From Ranitomeya imitator (Eukaryota): DNA of 64,000 nucleotides. Below the pieces are notes generated by a model. The model worked only from the letters and a program-made list of their open reading frames with translations, was not told the DNA's origin and made no database searches. Below are positions 1-10,539 of the stretch, piece after piece. A program made the translations under genes and the position numbers. The first letter of the stretch is position 1. Each line of letters begins with the position of its first letter. Location: assembly GCF_032444005.1 (NCBI RefSeq), contig NC_091287.1:513050001-513114000 (forward strand), written 5' to 3'.

Positions 1-1194
1 ATATGAATCAGCGCAATGGCATCTTTTTATAGATTCTTCAAAAAGAAGTCTCAAAGCAGTTTTACTCCACAACGGCGGCTTTTATGCTTCCATTCCTGTA
101 GGTCATTCTGTACACCTCAAGGAAGCCTACGAGAACTTGGAATTGGTTCTTCGTAAACTTAAATATGAAGACCACGGTTGGCAAGTGTGCGGGGATTTGA
201 AAGTCTTGTGCATGCTGCTCGGGCAACACGCTGGGTATACCAAATACCCTTGTTTTCTGTGTTTATGGGACAGTCGAGACCGACAAAATCACTGGACCAA
301 GAAGCTGAGGGTGCTCACAGTTAGTGAAGAAAATGTCCTCCGAGAAACTTTGGTTCCTCCCCATAAAGTTCTTCTACCACCTCTCCACATAAAATTGGGA
401 TTGATGAAGTAATTCATAAAATCACTTCCAAAAGATGGAGAATGCTTCTAATACTTGGTCACCAAGTTTCCAGGCCTCTCGGAGGCAAAATTGAAGGAAG
501 GTGTGTTTGTCAGACCAGACATTAGAAGGCTTATAGCTGATCAAGAGTTTATCAATACCATGATGCATCCTCAAAAAGAAGGGTGGTTTGCATTTAAAGA
601 GGTCGTAGAGAAATGTTTAGGCAATAACAAAGACCCTGACTACAAAAAAATCGTCGGATGAATGCTGAAAGCATTTCAAGCTTTAGGTTGCCTGATGAGT
701 TTGAAAGTGCATTTCCTCCATTCCCACCTTGCAACTTTCCTGAAAATTTGGGAGCTGTGAGTGAAGAGCAAGGTGAACGATTCCACCAGGACATTAAAGA
801 GATGGAAAGAAGATACCAGGGAAGATGGAGCATTACAATGATGGCAGACAACTGTTGGAGGCTTCAGAGAGACATTCCAGATGCTCCTCACAAGCGTAAA
901 TGTACCAAGAGAAGCCTAACAGGGAAGAAGAATCGATTTTAGTGTGTGTTAGTGAGCTCATTGCAATTAAAAAATTATTTTCATGAAACATTTGTAATAA
1001 AAAATTAATTTTATGAGTCTATTTTCATTTATTTTGAGGTATTGTCTTATTTAGCATAGTTACTTAAATTGTCAGAAAACGTGATGTCCTATGACCAAAT
1101 GGAGGTAATTTTCAGATTCAGTGCACTTAAAAACATAAAGATTACGTGGAATAACCAAAACAGCTCTTGAAAATTTTTTTGGGGCAGACCTGTG
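1..1194 (+). mobile_element. 3' part of a decayed Chapaev3-like (CMC superfamily) DNA transposon
   Basis: Transposase relic at 2-942, followed by a 3' UTR ending ...GGGGCAGACCTGTG (GTG terminus at 1194, matching CAC...GTG ends). The 5' end is outside the window. Family assignment is from recalled motifs. Confidence 0.6.
2..942 (+). pseudogene. Frameshifted Chapaev3-type transposase
   Basis: Pieces in different frames read WHLFIDSSKRSLKAVLLHNG, VCGDLKVLCMLLGQHAGYTKYPCFLCLWDSR, LPPLHIKLGLMK*, FPGLSEAKLKEGVF and GAVSEEQGERFHQDIKEMERRYQGRW. Stops and frameshifts lie between them. Confidence 0.7.
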
Positions 1195-1304
1195 TTATTA
1201 TTAAAGGTTATTATTATTACTAGATGGCAGCCCGATTCTAAAGAATCGGGAGTCTAGAATCCATATATACTTTATTTATTCAAATGTAAGAATAATACAA
1301 TTAA

Positions 1305-2123
1305 AGGGAACCTGTCACCCCGTTTTTTGAGATTGAGCTATAAATACTGTTAAATAGGGCCTGCGCTGTGTGTTCCTATAGTGTATGTAGTGTACCCCGA
1401 TTCCCCATGTATGCTGAGAAATAACTTACCAAAGTCGCCGTTTTCGCCTGTCAATCAGGCTGGTCAGGTCGGGAGGGCGTGGTGACATCGGTGGTTCTTC
1501 CTCAGCTTTACGTTGGTGGCGTAGTGGCGTAGTGGTGAAGACACAGCGCGCGATCTGCGCTGTAATCCCTTGCATCGGTGGGGGCGGCCATCTTCCTGGG
1601 GCCGCGCGTGCGCAGATCGAGTGCTCTGCTGCACGGGGCTTCAGGAAAATGGCCGCGGGATGCCGCGCGTGCGCATTAGAGATCGCGGCGGCCATTTTCC
1701 CAAAGCCGAGTTTGCATCTCGGCTTTGGGAAAATGGCCGCCGCGATCTCTAATGCGCACGCGCGGCATCCCGCGGCCATTTTCCTGAAGCCCCGTGCAGC
1801 AGAGCACTCGATCTGCGCACGCGCGGCCCCAGGAAGATGGCCGCCACCACCGATGCAAGGGATTACAGCGCAGATCGCGCGCTGTGTCTTCACCACTACG
1901 CCACTACGCCACCAACGTAAAGCTGAGGAAGAACCACCGATGTCACCACGCCCTCCCGACCTGACCAGCCTGATTGACAGGCGAAAACGGCGACTTTGGT
2001 AAGTTATTTCTCAGCATACATGGGGAATCGGGGTACACTACATACACTATAGGAACACACAGCGCAGGCCCTATTTAACAGTATTTATAGCTCAATCTCA
2101 AAAAACGGGGTGACAGGTTCCCT
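1305..2123. mobile_element. Kolobok/T2-family MITE, near-perfect 819-bp palindrome, nested in the Helitron
   Basis: TTAA at 1301-1304 and 2124-2127, with termini AGGGAACCTGTCA...TGACAGGTTCCCT. The arms are symmetric about 1714 with a 7-nt loop TTTGCAT. The mirror-image ORFs 1426-1896(-) and 1532-2002(+) confirm the symmetry. Confidence 0.9.
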
Positions 2124-2466
2124 TTAATAAATAATAGTAAGAAAGAACAAAAATAATAGGCAGTATATGGAGAAAACACCAAACAAAAGTTCAAAATTGG
2201 TGTGAAAATGTCACTGAACCACTTCACAACTAAATATATATTGTTTTGGTAAATGGTATTATCATTTTTTTGACGAAATTCGGCATGAGCTTGAAGAGCA
2301 ACGTCACTGGGCCCGCCTCCACGCAGTAGAAACTTGCTGTGAGGTAAAAATTCAAAAATCACACCAAAATGGCGGGCGGAGTGTGTCACAGTACGGCACG
2401 TTTCTGATTGGTCGCTCGCAGCAGGCGGCAACCAATCAGACACTGGACACTGTTGACGTCACTTAT

Positions 2467-2514
2467 CTCCGGACATTAGCTCCGGACATTAGCTCCGGAC
2501 ATTAGCTCCGGACA
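2467..2514. repeat. 13-bp tandem repeat (CTCCGGACATTAG) x3.7 near the Helitron 5' end
   Basis: Read directly. Confidence 0.9.
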
Positions 2515-4199
2515 AAGCCACGGAAGTTGGCACAAATTGCAGGAAGTAGTATTCTAGGCAATTATATATTAGATTATAAGACATTGATTTGTGAAACTTC
2601 ATTAGTTTATCCAGAGTAAGTCAATGTGAGAGTTAAGTTGTAGGTCAGGGTAGGCAGAGTTTAATCCATGCGGCAAAGTGGACAAATCTGTAGTCTTTTT
2701 CTTGTTTAATTCACCTTAAAGGTTTTGGTGCAATAGCCTTTTTGTGCCTCAATGCGGTACTGTTGGGAAGGACAGTGTGTGGGCCGGCTGTGACCCCACT
2801 GCACATTCATGTCCCTGTGTTCTCCAGAAAAATGACGCTGTGCACAGATTGTGATCTTGGCTCAATGGCGGGATGAAATATCGATCTGCGCATGCGTTGC
2901 CAACGTCAACTTTTTGCTGGAGAATGTAAGATTAATCCAAGCATGCGCTAACTCCAACGCCATTTTATTGGAGGCGGCATTGGGTAATCTGAACATATGG
3001 AGCATAAATGTGCACAAGCGCAGCCCATGGCAAGGGCGACACTAACGTGATATTAAAAAACTTAGTTTCATACAAATGTGGAGGGGCCACAGCAGAGCAA
3101 AAGAACCTACCCACAATCTTGCTCCACAGTCCGGCACCAAATGCATGTAAAGGCTATTGCACCATTACTTTTTAGGATGAACAACCAGGCTATGGATTTT
3201 TTCACTACTATTAATTAAGTATCCATTAAGTCAGTATAACAGGACCATTATGGCCATACCTTTATCATAACAGGTTAAATTGCGATGACAGGTTCTCTTT
3301 AACCCCTTCCCGACCTTTGACGCCACGTAGGCGTCATGAAATTCGGTGCCAATCCGACCCATGACGCCTATGTGGCGTCATGGAAAGATCGCGTCCCTGC
3401 AGGCCGGGTGAAAGGGTTAACTCCCATTTCACCCGATCTGCAGGGACAGGGGGAGTGGTAGTTTAGCCCAGGGGGGGTGGCTTCACCCCCTCGTGGCTAC
3501 GATCGCTCTGATTGGCTGTTGAAAGTGAAACTGCCAATCAGAGCGATTTGTAATATTTCACCTATTATAACTGGTGAAATATTACAATCCAGCCATGGCC
3601 GATGCTGCAATATCATCGGCCATGGCTGGAAATACTAATGTGCCCCCACCCCACCCCACCGATCACCCCCCCAGCCCCTCGATCTGTCCGGTACACTGCT
3701 CTGGCTCCCCTCCGTCCTGTGCTCCGCTCCCCCCCGTGCTCTTGTCCGCTCCCCCCGTGCTTCAATCACCCCCCCGTGCTCCGATCACCCCCCCTGCACT
3801 CCGATCCACCCCCCTCCGTGCTCCGTTCCACCCCCCGTGCTCCGTTCCACCCCCGTGCTCCGTTCTACCCCCCCGTGCTCCGTTCCACCCCTCCCGCGCT
3901 CCGATTCACCCCCCCATGCTCCGATCCCCCCCCCCCGTGCTCCCCCCCACCCTATCATACTTACCGATCCTGCCGGTGTCCGTCCGTCTTCTCCCCGGGT
4001 GCCGCCATCTTCCAAAATGGCGGGCGCATGCGCAGTGCGCCCGCCGAATCTGCCGGCCGGCAGATTCGTTCCAAAGTGCATTTTGATCACTGAGATATAA
4101 TCTATCTCAGTGATCAAAATAAAAAAATAATAAATGACCCCCCCCTTTGTCACCCCCATAGGTAGGGACAATAAAAAAAATAAAGAATTTTTTTTTTCC

Positions 4200-4479
4200 N
4201 NNNNNNNNNNNNNNNNNNNNNNNNNNNNNNNNNNNNNNNNNNNNNNNNNNNNNNNNNNNNNNNNNNNNNNNNNNNNNNNNNNNNNNNNNNNNNNNNNNNN
4301 NNNNNNNNNNNNNNNNNNNNNNNNNNNNNNNNNNNNNNNNNNNNNNNNNNNNNNNNNNNNNNNNNNNNNNNNNNNNNNNNNNNNNNNNNNNNNNNNNNNN
4401 NNNNNNNNNNNNNNNNNNNNNNNNNNNNNNNNNNNNNNNNNNNNNNNNNNNNNNNNNNNNNNNNNNNNNNNNNNNNNNN
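4200..4479. other. Assembly gap (280 N)
   Basis: Run of N. Confidence 1.
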
Positions 4480-5148
4480 GATAAATCCGCAGTGCTAAAC
4501 CGCTGCGGATTTATGGCGGATTTACCGCGTATTTTCTGCGCATTTCACTGCGGTTTTACAACTGCGATTTTCTATTTGAGCAGTTGTAAAACCGCTGCGG
4601 AATCCGCACAAAGAAGTGACATGCTGCGGAATGTAAACCGCTGCGTTTCCGTGCAGTTTTTCCGCAGCATGTGTACAGCGATTTTTGTTTCCCATAGGTT
4701 TACATTGAACTGTAAACTCATGGGAAACTGCTGCGGATCCGCAGCGTTTTCCGCAGCATGTGCACATACCTTTAGAATTAGGCCATGTGCACACGGTGCG
4801 GATTTGGCTGCGGATCCGCAGTGGATTGGCCGCTGCGGATTCGCAGCAGTGTTCCATCAGGTGTGCAGTACCATGTAAACATATGGAAACCAAATCCGCT
4901 GTGCCCATGGTGCGGAAAATACCGCGCGGAAACGCTGCGTTGTATTTTCCGCAGCATGTCAATTCTTTCTGCGGATTCCGCAGCGTTTTACACCTGTTCC
5001 TCAATAGGAATCCGCAGGTGAAATCCGCACAAAAAACACTGGAAATCCGCGGAAAATCCGCAGGTAAAACGCAGTGCCTTTTACCCGCGGATTTTTCAAA
5101 AATGATGCTGAAAAATCTCACACGAATCCGCAACGTGGGCACATAACC
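4480..5148. mobile_element. PIF/Harbinger-type MITE, right part (left end lost in the gap)
   Basis: Ends CGTGGGCACATAACC followed by TTA. The interior is rich in CCGCAG/CTGCGG inverted motifs typical of these MITEs. Confidence 0.65.
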
Positions 5149-5480
5149 TTAGGGTTAGGGGTGTGTTGTGGTTAGGGTTGTGATTAGGGTTATGGCTACA
5201 GTTGGGATTAGGGTTAGGGGTGTGTTGGGGTTAGGGTTAGGGTTAGGGCTGTGATTAGGGTTATGGCTATAGTTGGGATTAGGGTTAGGGATGTGTTGGG
5301 GTTAGGGTTAGGGCTGTGATTAGGGTTATGGTTACAGTTGGAATTAGGGTTGTGGTTAGGGTTAGGGGTGTGTTGGGGTTAGGGTTGTGGTTAGGGGTGT
5401 GTTGGGGTTAGGGTTGTGATTAGGGTTATGGCTACAGTTGGGATTAGGGTTAGGGGTGTGTTGGGGTTAGTGTTGGAGGT
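5149..5480 (+). repeat. Degenerate TTAGGG telomere-like repeat tract
   Basis: Many GGTTAGGG units interspersed with GTGTGTTG and TTATGGCTACAGTTGGG spacers. Confidence 0.8.
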
Positions 5481-8150
5481 AGAATTGAGGGGTTACCACT
5501 GTTTAGGCACATCAGGGGTCTCCAAACACAACATGGCGCCATCATTGATTCCAGCCAATCTCGTATTCAAAAAGTCAAATGGTGCTCCCTCAATTCCGAG
5601 CCCTGACGTGTGCCCAAACAGTGGTTTACCCCCACATATGGGGTACCAGCATACTCAGGATAAACTGCGCAACAATTACTGGGGTCCAATTTCTCCTGTT
5701 ACCCTTGTGAAAATAAAAAAATGCTTGCTAAAACATCATTTTTGAGGAAAGAAAAATGATTTATTATTTTCACGGCTCTACGTTGTAAACGTCTGTGAAG
5801 CACTTGGGGGTTCAAAGTGCTCACCACATATCTAGATAAGTTCCTTGGGGGGGTCTAGTTTCTAAAATGGGGTCACTTGTGGGGGGTTTCTACTGTTTAG
5901 GCACACCAGGGGCTCTGCAAACGCAACGTGACGCCCGCAGAGCATTCCATTAAAGTCTGCATTTCAAAACGTCACTACTTCAATTCCGAGCCCCGGCATG
6001 TGCCCAAACAGTAGTTTACCCCCACATATGGGGTATCACCGTACTCAGGAGAAACTGGACAACAAATATTGGGGTAAAATTTCTCCTGTTACTCTTGGGA
6101 AAATTAAAAAATTCTGGGCTAAATAATTATTTTTGAGGAAAGAAAACCTATTTATTATTTTCACGGCTCTGCATTATAAACTTCTGTGAAGCACTTGGGG
6201 GTTCAAAGTGCTCACCACACATCTAGATAAGTTCCTTTCGGGGTCTAGTTTCCAAAATGGGGTCACTTGTGGGGGGTTTCTACTGTTAAGCCACATCAGG
6301 GGCTCTGCAAACGCAACGTGACGCCCACAGAGCATTCCATCAAAGTCTGCATTTCAAAACGTCACTACTTCACTTCCGAGCCCCGGCATGTGCCCAAACA
6401 GTGATTTACCCCCACATATGGGGTATCAGCGTACTCAGGAGAAACTGGACAACAACTTTTGGGGTCAAATTTCTCCTGATACCCTTGGGAAAATAAAAAA
6501 TTGCAGGCTAAAAGATCATTTTTGAGAAAATAATTTTTTTTTTTTATTTTCATGGCTCTGCGTTATAAACTTTTGTGGAGCACTTGCGGGTTCAAAGTCC
6601 TCACCACACATCTAGATTAGTTCCTTTGGTGGACTAGTTTCCAAAATGGGGTCATTTCTGGGGGATCTCCAATGTTTAGGCACACAGGGGCTCTCCAAAC
6701 GTGACATGGTGTCCGCTAATGATTGGAGCTAATTTTCCATTTAAAAAGCCAAATGGCGTGCCTTCCCTTCCGAGCCCTGCCGTGCGCCCAAACAGTGGTT
6801 TACCCCCACATATGGGGTATCAGCGTACTCAGGACAAACTGGACAACAAAATTTGGCATCCAATTTCTCCTATTACCCTTGGTAAAATAGGAAATTCCAG
6901 GCTAAAAAATCATTTTTGAGGAAAGAAAAATTATTTTTTATTGACATGGCTCTGCGTTATAAACTTCTGTGAAGCACCTGGGGGTTTAAAGTGCTCAATA
7001 TGCATCTAGATAAGTTCCTTGGGGGGTCTAGTTTCCAAAATGGAGTCACTTGTGGGGGAGCTCCAATGTTTAGGCACACAGGGGCTCTCCAAACGCGACA
7101 TGGTGTCCGCTAACAATTGGAGCTAATTTTCCATTCAAAAAGTCAAATGGCGCGCCTTCCCTTCCGAGCCCTGCCGAGTGCCCAAACAGTGGTTTACCCC
7201 CACATATGAGGTATCGGCGTACTCGGGAGAAATTGCCCAACAAATTTTATGATCCATTTTATCCTATTGCCCATGTGATAATGAAAAAATTGAGGCGAAA
7301 AGAATTTTTTTGTGAAAAAAAAGTACTTTTTCATTTTTACAGATCAATTTGTGAAGCACCTGAGGGTTTAAAGTGCTCACTAGGCATCTAAATAAGTTCC
7401 TTGGGGGGTCTAGTTTCCAAAATGGGGTCACTTGTGGGGGAGCTCCAATGTTTAGGCACACAGGAGCTTTCCAAACGCGACATTGTGTCCGCTAACGATG
7501 GAGATAATTTTTCATTCAAAAAGTCAAATGGCGCTCCTTCCCTTCCGAGCCTTACCATGTGCCCAAACAGTGGTTTACCCCCACATATGAGGTATCAGTG
7601 TACTCAGGAAAAATTGCCCAACAAATTTTAGGATCCATTTTATCCTGTTGCCCATGTGAAAATGAAAAAATTGAGGCTAAAATAATTTTTTTGTGAAAAA
7701 AAAGTACTTTTTCATTTTTACGGATCAATTTGTGAAGCACCTAGGGGGTTCAAAGTGCTCACTATGCATCTAGATAAGTTTCCTGGGGCGTCTAGTTTCC
7801 AAAATGGGGTCACTTGTGCGGGAGCTCCAATTTTTAGGCACACGGGGGCTCTCCAAACGTGACATGGTGTCCGCTAAAGAGTGGAGCCAATTTTTGATTC
7901 AAAAAGTCAAATGGCGCTCCTTCCCTTCCAAGCCCTGCCGTGCGCCCAAACAGTGGTTTACCCCCACATATGAGGTATCAGCGTACTCAGGACAAATTGT
8001 ACAACAACTAACGTGGTTCAGTTTCTCCTTTTACCATTGGGAAAATAAAAAAATTGTTGCTAAAAGATAATTTTTGTGACTAAAAAGTTAAATGTTCATT
8101 TTTTCCTTCCATGTTGCTTCTGCTGCTGTGAAGCACCTGAAGGGTTAATA
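5480..8150. repeat. About 7 diverged tandem units of ~380-395 bp inside the piggyBac-like element
   Basis: CCCCCACATATG recurs near 5630, 6020, 6410, 6800, 7200, 7580 and 7960. AAAATGGGGTCACTTGTGG recurs with the same period. Confidence 0.85.
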
Positions 8151-8818
8151 AACTTCTGGAATGTGGTTTTGAGTACCTTGAGGGGTGCAGTTTTTAGAAT
8201 GGTGTCACTTTTGGGTATTTTCAGCCATATAGACCCCTCAAACTGACTTCAAATGTGAGGTGGTCCCTAAAAAAATGGTTTTGTAAATTACGTTGTAAAA
8301 ATGAGAAATCGCTGGTCAAATTTTAACCCTTATAACTTCCTAGCAAAAAAAAATTTTGTTTCCAAAATTGTGCTGATGTAAAGTAAACATGTGGGAAATG
8401 TTATTTATTAACTATTTTGTGTCACATAACTCTCTGGTTTAACAGAATAAAAATTCAAAATGTGAAAATTGCGAAATTTTCAAAATTTTTGCCAAATTTC
8501 CGTTTTTATCACAAATAAACGCATAATTCATTGACCTAAATTTACCAATAACATGAAGCCCAATATGTCACGAAAAAACAATCTCAGAACCGCTAGGAAC
8601 CGTTGAAGCGTTCCTGAGTTATTACCTCATAAAGGGACACTGGTCAGAATTGCAAAAAACGGCAAGGTCTTTAAGGTCAAAATAGGCTGGGTCATGAAGG
8701 GGTTAAAGATAAAAGGGCTTTTCTCTATTTGAATGATATTCATCTTCTGTGCAAGCTAAATTAGGCTAGGTTCACATCACGCTAGTGCCATACGTTTAAC
8801 GGATGCGCTAACGCTGAT

Positions 8819-9586
8819 TGTTGTGAATTCTGTTGTCGGGCTCCCTCCTGTGGTCATGAATGGTACTTCGGCTGGTTCTGTCCATGGACTTTCTCTGGTG
8901 CCTGTGGGTGTTTCTGAGTTTCCTTCCACAGGTGACAAGGCTAATTCGTTAGTGGGCTGCTCTATTTAACTCCACTTGGATCTTTGCCCCATGCCAGCTG
9001 TCAATGTTGTACTATGGCTCTAGTTCACTCCTGGATCGTTCTGAGTTCCTGTTGCTCCAGCAGAAGCTAAGTTCCTCTGTGCTATTTTTGCTTGTTTGCT
9101 ATTTTTTTTGTCCAGCTTGCTTTTGTCAATATTGCCTTGCTTGCTGGAAGCTCTGGAACGCAGAGGGGCGCCTCCCGCACCGTGAGTCGGTGCGGAAGGT
9201 ATTTTTCCCTGCACTCTCTGCGTGGTCTTTTGTAGGTTTTTGTGCTGACCGCAAAGTAACCTTTACTATCCTCGGTCTGTTCAGTAAGTCGGGCCTCACT
9301 TTGCTTAATCTATTTCATCTCTGTGTTTGTATTTTCATCTTACTCACAGTCATTATATGTGGGGGGCTGCCTTTTCCTTTGGGGAATTTCTCTGAGGCAA
9401 GGTAGGCTTTATTTTTCTATCTTCAGGGCTAGCTAGTTTCTTAGGCTGTGCCGAGTTGCATAGGGAGCGTTAGGCGCAATCCACGCCTATTTCTAGTGTG
9501 TTTTGATAGGTTTAGGGATTGCGGTCAGCAGAGTTCCCACGTCCCAGAGCTCGTCCATTATTTGTCCTAACCACCGGATCATAACA
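8819..9586 (+). mobile_element. Solo LTR (768 bp) of a Gypsy family related to the neighbouring full element
   Basis: TGTTGTGAATTC...ATAACA termini, flanked by GCTGAT on both sides. Blocks such as CATTATATGTGGGGGGCTGCCTTTTCCTTTGGGG are shared with the 9652 LTR. Confidence 0.9.
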
Positions 9587-9651
9587 GCTGATGCCCAAAA
9601 TCTTGTTTTTTTTCTGGAATTGCGTTAATGCATGCGCTAATGCATGGTACC

Positions 9652-10407
9652 TGTTGTGAATTCTGTGGCTGAATTCACTCCTGTGGTCACAAGTGGTACT
9701 GCAGCTTCTGAGCTTCCTCCCTCAGGTGTTCTGGTGAGCTCGTTGGCTGCTTTGTTATTTAACTCCACCTGATTCTGTCTTCCTTGCTCCTTGTCAATGT
9801 TCCAGTGTTGGACCTGAGCTTCTGGATCTTTCCTGTGGCCTGCTGCTCTGCTTAGATAAGTGTTTCTTTGCTTTTGTTGCTACTTTTTCTGTCCAGCTTG
9901 TCTATTCGTTTTTGCTGGAAGCTCTGAGACGCAAAGGGTGCACCGCCATGCCGTTAGTTCGGCACGGTGGGTCTTTTTGCCCCCTTTGCGTGGTTTTTTG
10001 CTTTAGGGTTTTTTGTAGACTGCAAAGTTCTCTTTGCCATCCTCGCTCTATCTAGAATATCGGGCCTCACTTTGCTGAATCTATTTCATCCCTACGTTTG
10101 TCTTTTCATCTTGCTAACAGTCATTATATGTGGGGGGCTGCCTTTTCCTTTGGGGTATTTCTCTGAGGCAAGTCAGGCTTGTTTTTCTATCTTCAGGCTA
10201 GTCAGCTCCTCAGGCTGTGCCGAGTTGCATAGGTAGTGACATGCGCAATCCACAGCTGCCTTTAGTTGTGTTTAGGATAGGTTCAGGTATTGCGGTCTAC
10301 AGAGATTCCACGTCTCAGAGCTCGTTCTATTGTTTTTGGGTTATTATCAAATCACTGTATGTGCTCTGATTGCTGGCACACTGTGTCACTGGATTGCCTA
10401 CATAACA
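9652..10407 (+). repeat. 5' LTR of the Gypsy element
   Basis: TG...CA ends; direct repeat of 14601-15356; TATA-like TATTTAA at 9756-9762. Confidence 0.95.
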
Positions 10408-10420
10408 GTACAAGGAGCCA
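10408..10420 (+). promoter_or_regulatory. Non-tRNA primer-binding site (putative self-priming)
   Basis: GTACAAGGAGCCA does not begin with TGG. ACAAGGAGC (10410-10418) is the exact reverse complement of GCTCCTTGT (9786-9794) in the LTR. Confidence 0.6.
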
Positions 10421-10539
10421 ACCTAATGATTCTCAATAGAGGGAAAAAAGAAGTTCTGACATCATTTTTTTTTCTCAGCTCTGTGTTCAGTCTTTTTTTT
10501 CCCCTAGACATTTGGGTGTTTCAGGACACAGGTGTGGAC

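Larger units (their letters stand above)
1220..2573 (-). mobile_element. Non-autonomous Helitron
   Basis: The minus strand starts TCTAATATATAA (2573) and ends CTAG (1220). A perfect hairpin CCCGATTCT-AA-AGAATCGGG (1231-1250) lies just inside the 3' end. It is inserted between A and T with no TSD. Confidence 0.85.
3303..8702. mobile_element. Large non-autonomous piggyBac-like element
   Basis: TTAA|CCCCTT at 3299-3308 and AAGGGG|TTAA at 8697-8706. There is no transposase, and the interior is built of tandem repeats. It spans the assembly gap, so continuity is assumed. Confidence 0.7.

Noticed and set aside
1426-2002. Two nearly identical 156-aa ORFs on opposite strands
   Set aside because: They are a by-product of the T2 palindrome and have no protein motifs.
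9004-10236. ORFs within the LTRs (133 aa and 89 aa, the latter repeated at 14916)
   Set aside because: They are T-rich LTR sequence with non-ATG or weak starts and no motifs, and the repetition just reflects LTR identity.
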